Program-made: the position numbers and the translations under genes
Part shown: piece by piece, positions 35,746 to 44,900 of the stretch
Layout: each line of letters opens with the position of its first letter
Numbering within the stretch: position 1 is the first letter of the stretch
The notes under the pieces: model-generated
Seen by the model: only the letters and a program-made list of their open reading frames with translations
The model's database searches: none
What the model was told of the DNA's origin: nothing
Source: a virus
IMG/VR virus record: IMGVR_UViG_3300029455_000002
Location: 13,617 to 77,616 of that record
Direction: 5' to 3' (one strand)
Length of the DNA stretch: 64,000 nt

Positions 35746-36756
35746 ATGGCAGTTGCACAAAATACAGTAATCATTGATGATGTAGAATACAAGCCAGGCG
35801 AACAACTTCCGGAACTTGGCAGCATTCACCGAGTTTTCAAAGATGGTGGTAAACGTCATTATGAAGGACTTGCGAAAGATTCAGACAAGCTTCCTCTGTA
35901 CGTTGCTAACAATTCATCATGTTTTATGACCGATACAGGAGAGTATTACAAATTTGATGAGAGTAAGAAATTGTGGTATAAACCTGATAAGATCGAACAA
36001 AGCAAAGTAACACCGATTGAAGTATATGGCGTTCTTAATGGAAAAATCAAACAGGTCTCAGAGGACGTAGAGGGAATTGCAACACCACTTTTATACAAAG
36101 GTTCAGTATCAGACATTTCACAACTTCCGTTATCTCCTAAGATTGGATGGATGTATAACATATCTGAAAAATCTATTTATGGAGAGGCAGGTATGAATGT
36201 CGCATGGACAGGAGAAATATGGGACGCTCTTGGACCGGCTATTGATATGGCACCATACTTGAGAGAGGATTCCGAGATCATAACATCCTTGAAAACCAAA
36301 ACGGAAAATCTGGAATCTGCGAATTACACCGACAGAGGTACATTAGCTGATACTGACGCATTTCTGATCAATGACGGTACAGGAATGAAAAAGAGTGTGC
36401 TGAGCAAGCTGTCAGACTTTGTCCTTAATAAAATCGCCGATAAAGTGTTTGCAAAGCTTCAAACGAACGACAAAACAATTCTGGGAGCGATTAATGAATT
36501 AAATAGTAAGGCTCTGATGACTTATGTTGGCAAAAAAGCAACAAATGAAGATGGTGTAATTCCCATAAATAATATAATTTCTGGAGTGTCAATAAAAAAC
36601 GTTATTAATGCAAAAGCATATATTTCCGATGGAAATAAAAATATTTACTCAAGGCTATACTCGTACAACTCTTATGCTTATATATTGGTCACTGACTACG
36701 AAGGCAATCGATTTAAAAACACAGAATTAAATGTTGTAGTGCTTTATACAAAATAG
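35746..36756 (+). CDS. second, invariant tail fibre / receptor-binding paralog
   Basis: The N-terminus equals a fusion of homologs of 31229..31471 and the first ~90 aa of 31485..33494 (KSIYGEAGMNVAW shared). Confidence 0.7.
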   Translation: MAVAQNTVIIDDVEYKPGEQLPELGSIHRVFKDGGKRHYEGLAKDSDKLPLYVANNSSCFMTDTGEYYKFDESKKLWYKPDKIEQSKVTPIEVYGVLNGKIKQVSEDVEGIATPLLYKGSVSDISQLPLSPKIGWMYNISEKSIYGEAGMNVAWTGEIWDALGPAIDMAPYLREDSEIITSLKTKTENLESANYTDRGTLADTDAFLINDGTGMKKSVLSKLSDFVLNKIADKVFAKLQTNDKTILGAINELNSKALMTYVGKKATNEDGVIPINNIISGVSIKNVINAKAYISDGNKNIYSRLYSYNSYAYILVTDYEGNRFKNTELNVVVLYTK

Positions 36757-36872
36757 TAACTGCCTGGTATCCGTCGATGCTGATTCAGAGAATATAAATT
36801 TGAGGATCAAAAAAATTTACTATTGCCATTTAATTCATTAAAATTCTTAAAACTTTTGTAAAAAGTTCTACC

Positions 36873-36897
36873 TGTTATAATGAAACCGTGCTATAAT
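36873..36897 (+). promoter_or_regulatory. two tandem extended -10 promoters
   Basis: TGTTATAAT (36873-36881) and TGCTATAAT (36889-36897). Confidence 0.45.
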
Positions 36898-37034
36898 TTC
36901 TATAACAGAATACAAAAAAAGAGGAGCTGGACTCCCGTCTACCAAACAAAAAGTCCAACTCCAAGCACCACAAAGGGTACAGGTATATTATAACACGGTA
37001 CCCTCCCTTTGTGAACCCAAAAGGAGGGTTTTTT

Positions 37035-38021
37035 ATGGAAAATTTCGCAACAGAGTTTATGACCAAGTTAGACGGAAAGTTATCCCCAGAACAGATGAAG
37101 ACAGTTCTGGCAGAATTGGAAATGTTTTCTGCAAATTTTGATATTGAGAAAAAGCAGACAAACATTGTCCCGTATCAGGGCTGTGTACCAGAGTGCTATA
37201 AGGTTTACCTTGTCTCTAAAAAGATAGAGGGAATGTCGCCGCAGTCTCTAGTGACTTATAAATGTAATCTTGATGATTTCTTTCGTTCAGTCAATAAGCC
37301 ACTGGCCCAGATCACTACAAACGATATAAGGCTGTACTTGTATAGCTTGTCAGAAAGAAATACGAATCGAACGATTGACGGGAAGAGGCTTATCATTCAT
37401 ACTTTCTTCGACTGGTGCGTAAAAGAGGAGTATCTTGCAAAGAATCCGTGCAGTCGAATTAATCCGATTAAATTCGAGGTAAAGCCGAGGGAGCCGCTTG
37501 ACGATATTGAGTTAGAATTGGTCAGAGATGCTTGCAAAGATTACCGTGAACGTGCGATTATCGAACTTTTTTATAGCACCGGTTGCCGTGTATCAGAGAT
37601 GGTGGTCCTGAAGAAGTCAGATATTGACTTTCAGACTAAAGAAGTGCATCTATTTGGAAAGGGAAGTAAGCATCGCATATCTTATATCAACGCTAGGGCA
37701 GAAGTGGCATTGAAAAAGTACTGGTTTACTAGAGATGACTGTTGCGACAGTGCAATAGCAACTATTCACAAACCGTACAGAGGAGTCACAAAGACACAAC
37801 TGGAACAGATTGTAAGAAAAATTGGGGAAAGGTCGGAAATCGGAAGAAACTTATACCCACACCTTATCCGCCATACAACTGCCAGCTCAGCTCTTGAAAG
37901 AGGTATGAATGTTACGGACCTGCAAAAGATGCTGGGACACGAGAAACTTGATACAACTATGATTTATGCAAAGGTTAATCAAGAGTCGGTCAGATACAAT
38001 CATCATAAATACGTCATTTAA
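37035..38021 (+). CDS. tyrosine recombinase (XerC/D-like)
   Basis: RVSEMVVL...HLFGKGSKHR...HLIRHTTAS...LGHEKLDTTMIYA catalytic R..H..R..Y pattern. Confidence 0.85.
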   Translation: MENFATEFMTKLDGKLSPEQMKTVLAELEMFSANFDIEKKQTNIVPYQGCVPECYKVYLVSKKIEGMSPQSLVTYKCNLDDFFRSVNKPLAQITTNDIRLYLYSLSERNTNRTIDGKRLIIHTFFDWCVKEEYLAKNPCSRINPIKFEVKPREPLDDIELELVRDACKDYRERAIIELFYSTGCRVSEMVVLKKSDIDFQTKEVHLFGKGSKHRISYINARAEVALKKYWFTRDDCCDSAIATIHKPYRGVTKTQLEQIVRKIGERSEIGRNLYPHLIRHTTASSALERGMNVTDLQKMLGHEKLDTTMIYAKVNQESVRYNHHKYVI

Positions 38022-38031
38022 GGAGAACTAT

Positions 38032-38430
38032 ATGAGAGGATTAAAACGTCAAAAGCAAACAATATACTGGTCTAGGGTGACAGAAGAACTTGACGGAATA
38101 GACACAATCAAGAAATATCAGAATCCAGAACTGCATTGTCTATCCGTGTCAGCAACAGCCGGAACGCCGGAAGAATTATCTGCCGGGTACGTCCCGGACT
38201 ATGACAGATACATCACAAATTTTGACCGTAGCTTTAAACCGCAGATTGCAGATGTGTTCTGGATAGACTGCAAACCGGAATTGAACGAATCTGGAGAACT
38301 TATTTTGAATGAATCTGGAGCGCCTACAGTCCCACCAGATTACCGTCTAAAAAAGATTCTTGATACCCAAAGAGGGAATGTGGCACGGTATGGTATCAAA
38401 TATATAGGAGATGGCTCAGATGGCGAATAA
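38032..38430 (+). CDS. head closure / head-tail adaptor protein
   Basis: Position; size; the start is 10 nt after the recombinase stop, with AAGGAG. Confidence 0.5.
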   Translation: MRGLKRQKQTIYWSRVTEELDGIDTIKKYQNPELHCLSVSATAGTPEELSAGYVPDYDRYITNFDRSFKPQIADVFWIDCKPELNESGELILNESGAPTVPPDYRLKKILDTQRGNVARYGIKYIGDGSDGE

Positions 38431-38938
38431 GAGCATTAAAATGGAACTGTCACATAAATCTATACAGGATACAATAAAACAGCTCAGAGCGTATCAGAAG
38501 TCGCTTGCAAGCAAGAATGAAGAGTTTGTCCGCAGGCTGGCAGAACTTGGAATCCCGGTCATAGATGAAAATATAGCATTGGCGCAAGGCGATTCTGACA
38601 AAAGTCATAACACCTATATCAGAATCAATAACTTTGGCGGCTATTCTCAGGCAACGCTTGTGTGCGAAGGCTCTGACCTCTTGTTCATTGAGTTCGGGTC
38701 GGGTATTTCGTACAACACTCCGGCAGGAACCAGCCCACATCCTAAGGGACAAGATTTTGGTTATACAATCGGTTCGTACGGGCAAGGGAACGGAAAGAAT
38801 GAATCGTGGGTTTATTATTCCGATTCTGGCGAATGGGTACGCTCTTATGGTACCGAAGCCACTATGCCGGTATATAAGGCAAGCGTGAAAATCATGCAAA
38901 ACATCAGAAAAATTGCAAAAGAAGTTTTCGGTTCATGA
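38420..38938 (+). CDS. HK97 gp10-like tail-head joining protein
   Basis: Second ATG has the better RBS spacing; LLFIEFGSG motif. Confidence 0.5.
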   Translation: MANKSIKMELSHKSIQDTIKQLRAYQKSLASKNEEFVRRLAELGIPVIDENIALAQGDSDKSHNTYIRINNFGGYSQATLVCEGSDLLFIEFGSGISYNTPAGTSPHPKGQDFGYTIGSYGQGNGKNESWVYYSDSGEWVRSYGTEATMPVYKASVKIMQNIRKIAKEVFGS

Positions 38939-38954
38939 AGAAATATGAATATGC

Positions 38955-39038
38955 TATGCAATCATATGGAATCATATTCATTAAAGATGATATACTGTAA
39001 CATATAAAAGCATCTGTCAAAACGACAGGTGCTTTTTT
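38955..39038 (+). promoter_or_regulatory. repeat cassette copy 2: conserved 24-mer, -10 element, terminator hairpin and T6
   Basis: Identical 24-mer at 38955-38978, 12 nt, TATACT (38991-38996), 8-bp hairpin 39011-39031, T6 at 39033-39038. Confidence 0.55.
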
Positions 39039-39071
39039 CATGCAAAAAACATAGAAAAGGAGAATGTAAGC

Positions 39072-39746
39072 ATGTTTGTAGGAACAATTGTCATCCAAAA
39101 AGTAGAAAGAAGTGTTGTTACTAGCCTTGATGTTGCAGAAACTTTTGAAAAAGAGCATAGCAAGGTTTTAAGAGATATACGAGAGCTTGAATGTTCCGAA
39201 GATTTTCGACTATCCAATTTTGGACAGTCCTCTTATATCAATTTGCAAGGTAAAAAAATGCCGATGTATTACATGACAAGAGACGGATTTACGCTTGTTG
39301 CTATGGGATATACCGGTGAAAAAGCAATGAAGTTTAAAGAGGGATATATTCGCCAGTTCAATGAAATGGAAAAACTTCTTATTGGTAAAATCAGAGAACG
39401 AGACAAAGGCATTGCAGTAAGACAGGCATTGACCAATGCGCTTAAAGAATCACAAGAAAATGAGAGAATGCATGGTCATGCATATTCGACATATACAGAT
39501 ATGGTATATCGCACATTGTTTGGTAAAACTGCAAAACAGCTTAGAGAAGAAAAAGGAATTTCTACTAAAGACAATCTAAGAGATTTCCTCACCGAAGAAG
39601 AATTGAAATCAGTTCAATCAAAAGAAATGCTTGTTAGCGGATTGGTTGATTGTGGATGGGGATATTCTCAAATAAGAGATTTCCTTAAAGATCAGTTTCA
39701 AAATATGTTAGAACAGGCAGGAGGATTCTATGCCAGACGCGATTAA
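39072..39746 (+). CDS. rha: Rha family phage regulatory protein
   Basis: VVTSLDVAETFEKEHSKVLRDIREL...MTRDGFTLVAMGYTGEKAMKFKEGYI. Confidence 0.75.
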   Translation: MFVGTIVIQKVERSVVTSLDVAETFEKEHSKVLRDIRELECSEDFRLSNFGQSSYINLQGKKMPMYYMTRDGFTLVAMGYTGEKAMKFKEGYIRQFNEMEKLLIGKIRERDKGIAVRQALTNALKESQENERMHGHAYSTYTDMVYRTLFGKTAKQLREEKGISTKDNLRDFLTEEELKSVQSKEMLVSGLVDCGWGYSQIRDFLKDQFQNMLEQAGGFYARRD

Positions 39747-40137
39747 CAACCCGGTATCAGAAGTATTTTCACGATGGGGCAACTCAATTCAACCAACAGT
39801 CGGCAAAGGCAATTTTTCCATGGAAAAAAGCCAGACAATAGCATCTGGAAAAACGAAATACGCCAGATTGTTCATGATGGGGAATCCCACGCAGTCAACA
39901 AGTCTTGAAGGTCACGAATGCGCAACAATTCTTTCGTTTCAAGTGGAAAGTTACGCATCTGGGACAAAGGCTTTATCGACTGCATATGAAATCGACAGCA
40001 AGAGTCATCAGGCTATGGTTTCAATGGGATTTCGCCGGACATACGGGCCAGAAGAGGTTGCAAACTCTGAAAAGAGTTTTAAACGAATTATAAGCCGGTA
40101 CAGCAGAATTTACACCGGGCAATTATTGGAAGCGTAA
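39730..40137 (+). CDS. putative tail completion protein
   Basis: AGGAGG RBS; position upstream of the major tail gene. Confidence 0.4.
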   Translation: MPDAINNPVSEVFSRWGNSIQPTVGKGNFSMEKSQTIASGKTKYARLFMMGNPTQSTSLEGHECATILSFQVESYASGTKALSTAYEIDSKSHQAMVSMGFRRTYGPEEVANSEKSFKRIISRYSRIYTGQLLEA

Positions 40138-40180
40138 CAGCTTCTATTTTTTATACCAAAAAGAAAGGGGTGTGTCCTAT

Positions 40181-40393
40181 ATGAGTAAAGATAAATTACA
40201 ATGGCTGAAAGCTGCGGGAATCAGAGCTGTTAAGACAATTGCTCAGACAGCAGTTGCAACAATCGGAACCGCGACAGTCCTTGGAAGCGTTGACTGGAAG
40301 ATGGTCGTATCCGCGTCCGTTCTTTCCGGCGTTTTATCCTTGCTTACATCTGTAGCAGGGCTTCCAGAACTGAAAACAGGCACAGATGAATAG
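40181..40393 (+). CDS. holin (LL-H / phi-LC3-type pattern)
   Basis: WLKAAGIRAVKTIAQTAVATIG...SVLSGVLSLLTSVAGLPE; two TM helices. Confidence 0.65.
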   Translation: MSKDKLQWLKAAGIRAVKTIAQTAVATIGTATVLGSVDWKMVVSASVLSGVLSLLTSVAGLPELKTGTDE

Positions 40394-40438
40394 AAAGGAC
40401 GGTGATCCTTTTATCTCCCGGATGCAGGGTTACGCATC

Positions 40439-40459
40439 AGAGCCGTGTGGCTCTTTTTT
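40439..40459 (+). terminator. rho-independent terminator
   Basis: AGAGCC GTGT GGCTCT followed by T5. Confidence 0.65.
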
Positions 40460-40498
40460 ATTGTGATTTTATAGCTGAAAAGCAGAAAGGAGCCGAAT

Positions 40499-40993
40499 AT
40501 GGCAGATAAAGGAAATATAGCAGGCGTAAGTACCGTTGGTTCGCTTACCGGATATGCAGTTGAAACAACAGCAGGTACTAAACCGACAGCTTTTAAACTT
40601 CTTCACAGAATCAATGCTTCTGATGAAATTAAAATTGACGTAGAAACAATCGACGCTTCCGCGCTTGAAGATGAAGTTGAAAGAACTATTGCAGGACGTG
40701 GTTCTACAGGTGGTACATTCAACGTAACTGTGAACGTAACTGATGAAACTATCACTGAATGGGAAACCTTAATTAGCGAATACAAAGCAGGAAAAACAGA
40801 GGGGAAATCTATGTGGTATGAAGAATACTTCCCGTCTCTTAAGAAAGCGTTCTTCACCAAAATCGAGCCGCCGACAATCATTCCTAAACCAGCAAGAGAT
40901 CAGAACGGACTGTTAACCGTCGAAATGTCTCTTACTATCAATGAGTACGTCGGACCGGGCGACGCAATAGCTCCAACTGACAGCGGCCTTTAA
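40499..40993 (+). CDS. major tail protein
   Basis: 164 aa; AAAGGAG RBS; lies immediately upstream of the chaperone pair. Confidence 0.65.
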   Translation: MADKGNIAGVSTVGSLTGYAVETTAGTKPTAFKLLHRINASDEIKIDVETIDASALEDEVERTIAGRGSTGGTFNVTVNVTDETITEWETLISEYKAGKTEGKSMWYEEYFPSLKKAFFTKIEPPTIIPKPARDQNGLLTVEMSLTINEYVGPGDAIAPTDSGL

Positions 40994-41016
40994 ACACATT
41001 TGGGAGGACAAATAAT

Positions 41017-41502
41017 ATGTATAAAGTTTTAAAAATCGGCGGCAAAGACTACAAACTTGAATATGGAATTGAAGCATCACTGTTTGATGATTGTGTGAAA
41101 TCCGTAATGAATATGCTGGTTTCCACAAGTGGCGGAACGGACAAGAGTCTCAGGGAGATGGTTTCTGGAATGAGTAGCATCCCGAATACTGCACTCAATG
41201 CGTTTTATGCCGGATTACTTCAATACCATGGCAATCATTCTGATGGTGATGGTACTGTCCCGGATTTAGATACTGCCAAAAAACTTGCAGCGCAGTATAT
41301 GTCTGAGCATAAAGATGATGAGCAGGGCAATTTCTACGGTCTCTTCTCTATGTGTATCGAACAAATGGAGGAAGACGGTTTTTTCAAGTTAACAGGTCTG
41401 GAAACGTTCATGGACAACTTGAATGCGGCGATGGACTCTGTGAAAGCGAAGAAAACACCGAAGAAGCCGACAGATCATCTAAAAAAAGCTACAGCGAAAT
41501 AA
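41017..41502 (+). CDS. tail assembly chaperone (G-like)
   Basis: Position between the major tail and tape measure genes; ends just after the A7 slippery run. Confidence 0.7.
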   Translation: MYKVLKIGGKDYKLEYGIEASLFDDCVKSVMNMLVSTSGGTDKSLREMVSGMSSIPNTALNAFYAGLLQYHGNHSDGDGTVPDLDTAKKLAAQYMSEHKDDEQGNFYGLFSMCIEQMEEDGFFKLTGLETFMDNLNAAMDSVKAKKTPKKPTDHLKKATAK

Positions 41503-41903
41503 TCTGGGATGAATTATATCCAATGGCTGTGCGTATTGGGATGTCAAGAAAAGAATTTCTCAGAAGTACCCTGAAAGACCTGAGAATCCGTATAGAACAA
41601 TATGGAATCTCAAAAAATGAAGAAATTCAGTCGCAATTAATAAACATGGACTATCAGTCATGGCTGACCGGACTGTATATGAAAGCAAGTATTTCGTGTG
41701 TGCTATTTCCGAGAAAGGCTAGTTATCCAAGTAAACCAATTACGCAGGAAAAACAAAATAATTGGGTTGAACACAATCCAGATATGCCAAAGAAATCAGA
41801 AGCAGAACTAAGACAAGAAGAACGTTACTACGAACTTCTTATTAGGCAGGCAAATGCAAATATATCTGAAATAGGTAATGAAAAGGGCAAGCAGGATGAA
41901 TAG
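41017..41903 (+). CDS. tail assembly chaperone -1 frameshift product (GT-like)
   Basis: The A AAA AAA heptamer at 41481-41487 is in the zero frame; the -1 frame continues KKSYSEIIWDEL... to 41903. Confidence 0.65.
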
Positions 41904-41949
41904 TAGTCTTGCTTGCCCTTTATTTTTTTGAAATAAAGGAGGTGCTTAT

Positions 41950-44900
41950 ATGCCTGACAACACAATAGACAGCCTTGCGATAGAGGTCAGCAGTAACGTA
42001 TCAAATGCAAGTAAATCCATTGATGATTTATGTAATAAACTGAATCGCCTGAGTAGTCGTATGTCTGAGAGTATCAAGCATCTTAGAGACTTTTCAGCTT
42101 CCGTAGGCACGGTCAATTCTGCTGTTCAAGCACTTAAATTAGACAGGCTTGATTTATCAACGATAAACAGTCAATTGCAACAGTTTGTTCAGTCTATGAG
42201 TGCGCTCGGTAGCCTGAACCTGAGAAACAACGGATTAAACTCATTCGTAAATGCAACCCGCAGACTGAACGAAACATTAAACTCCACAAATAATGTATCT
42301 GGAAAGATTCAGAACATGATTTCCGAATTATCTGGTCTTAGCAATATTCCAGACGTATCAAACAATGTGAACCGGTTTGTTTCTTCGCTGGCAAGATTGG
42401 CAAATTCAAGTGGTTCTATTGATATAGTTATATCCAAGCTCCCAAAACTTGGCAGAGGACTTAGAAAAATCACATCCCAAATAGGGAACGTCTCTCAACC
42501 AATTAATACGTTTGTTCAGTCAATATCTCGACTGGCGAACGCAGGGGATAAAACTGGAAAGACAGCAGAGCATCTTGAAGATTTAGCAGATAGTCTTAAA
42601 TCATTTTTTCAGACAATGAGTACCGCCCCAGAAATCAGCCGCAATACCATACAGATGACGCAGGCTATTGCTCAATTATCAAACGCGGGTGGAAACGCTG
42701 GCAGGGCAGCACGGTCTACATCAAATGTGTTTAGCCGATTAGGGCAGGGAGCAGCTGGGGCAGTACGAAAGGTTAATAGTCTTGGAAGTGCCATAGGCAA
42801 TGTTGGGACGAATGCAAAGAGAAGCGCTCCAAGCATTACGTCTTTGGTGGCTAAGTTTTGGGCTTTGAAAACAGCAGCTACAAAATTTACAGGTGCAATT
42901 GAAAGTTCCATGAATTTTCTTGAAGATTATAACTACTTTCAAGCGGCGTTCCGCCAGGTGGCAGATAAAGTAGGAAAAACTTGGTCGGAAGCAGGGTATG
43001 ATTCCGCAGAAGCATACGCAGATTCGTTCAGCCAGAGAGCCAGAGAACTTACATCTAAAATGTCTGGATTTGATGTTTCTGACAATGCGATTCTGACCGC
43101 AAATAAAACCGGTAAGTCACTTGGCATGAATCCGTCCATGCTTTTAAATTATCAAGGCCAGTTTGCACAGTTGTCGTCCTCTATGGGAACAACTTCTGAG
43201 CAGGCATTAAAGCTGTCAAATGCGCTGACTATGATCGGTGCTGACCTTGCATCTGTTAAGAATCTTGATTTTAGCACAGTTTATGAGAACTTATCCTCTG
43301 GATTGGTAGGTATGAGCCGTGCTGTAGATAAATATGGTGCAAACATTCGTGTGGCAAACTTACAGCAATATGCTTCGAACCTTGGACTGCAAACAGCTGT
43401 ATCAAAGATGGACCAGGCAAGTAAGGCTATGTTAAGAACAATAGTAATACTGGATTCCACCCGGTACGCATGGGCGGATATGGCAAATACAATTAATATG
43501 CCAGCCAACCAGTTGCGTATACTTCGCGCAAACTTGGTATCCTGCGCCAGAGCATTAGGAAACATCTTTATGCCAGTCATTGCGGCAGTATTACCGTACA
43601 TCAATGGCCTTGTAATCGCATTCCAGAGACTTTTAACATATATCGGTTCACTTCTTGGAGTTGATACCAAAATCGGAAAAATGTTCGGTTCTATTGGTGG
43701 CGGAAGCGAAAATCTTTCAAATGCACTTGATTCCATAGATGATTCTGGAATTTCGGACGTAGACAGCTCAGCAAAAGATACCAGTAACAGTCTGAAAGAT
43801 GCGACCAAGAACGCAAAGAAGCTCAAACAGTTCCTTGCGTCCTATGATGAATTAGAAGTTATGAATAAAGACGACAGTTCTCTGTCAGACCTTGCAAATT
43901 CTAAGATCAAAACGCCTGCTCTCGACACATCTGCCCTTGATGCAGGAATCCTCAATGACGCGTTGGATAAGCTTCTGAATGAATACCAGAAGAAATGGGA
44001 CGCCGCCTATAATTCTATGGAAAATAAGGCCATGGCGTTCGCAAATAAAGTTACAGATGCATTCAAAAAACTTGCGAAGGCCGCAGAACCAACAACAAAA
44101 GCTTTGAAAAATCTCTGGAATAATGGATTGAAACAGCTCAGAGACTTCACATGGACAGCATTAAAAGATTTCTGGGAACATTTTCTAAAACCACTTGGGA
44201 AATGGACATTAGGAGAAAAAGGATTACCACGATTAATTAATGCTTTTAACGATTTTCTTGTAAAAATTAACTGGGATAAAATCAATGCTTCCCTTGTGCA
44301 ATTATGGGATGTGTTAGAGCCGTTTGCCGAGAATGTCGGAACAGGATTACTTGATTTCTTTGACGATTTCTTTGACAAGGCGGCAGACGGAGTGAACAAA
44401 CTCCCTGATCTGATTGACAAGTTTAAAGAGTTTATCGCGTCATTCTCACCAGAACAGGCACAGTCTATCGGATATTTTCTCGGACAGCTCTTGACTGCTT
44501 TCGTAGCATTTAAAGGGCTTACATGGTTTGGAGGTATTTTCGGAAAAGATGGAGCAATAGGTAAAGGCATTGCTATGTTAGCAGCGCATCCATATGCTTC
44601 GATAGCCACTGGGCTAGGTCTTACTGTTGCCGCACTTGATAAATTCGGAGTGATTGATGTTGATTGGGAATGGCTATGGGACAAAATAAGTCAGCTAAAA
44701 GATACAGTTTCAAACTTTATTAATAATGTCGATTGGAGCTTTTTGGTAAAAACAATCGGTGATGTATGGGATGTTTTTCAACCATTTGCGCAGGGCTTCG
44801 GAGATGCCTTTGTTGATTTTTTTGATGTAATGGTAAACGTCATTGGTGCTCCATTAATTAACAGTTTAGCAGTTGCTCTTGAAGCACTTGCAAAAGTTTT

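Noticed and set aside
38450-38899. 149-aa minus-strand ORF
   Set aside because: It is fully antisense to the gp10-like gene, which is in operon context with an RBS.
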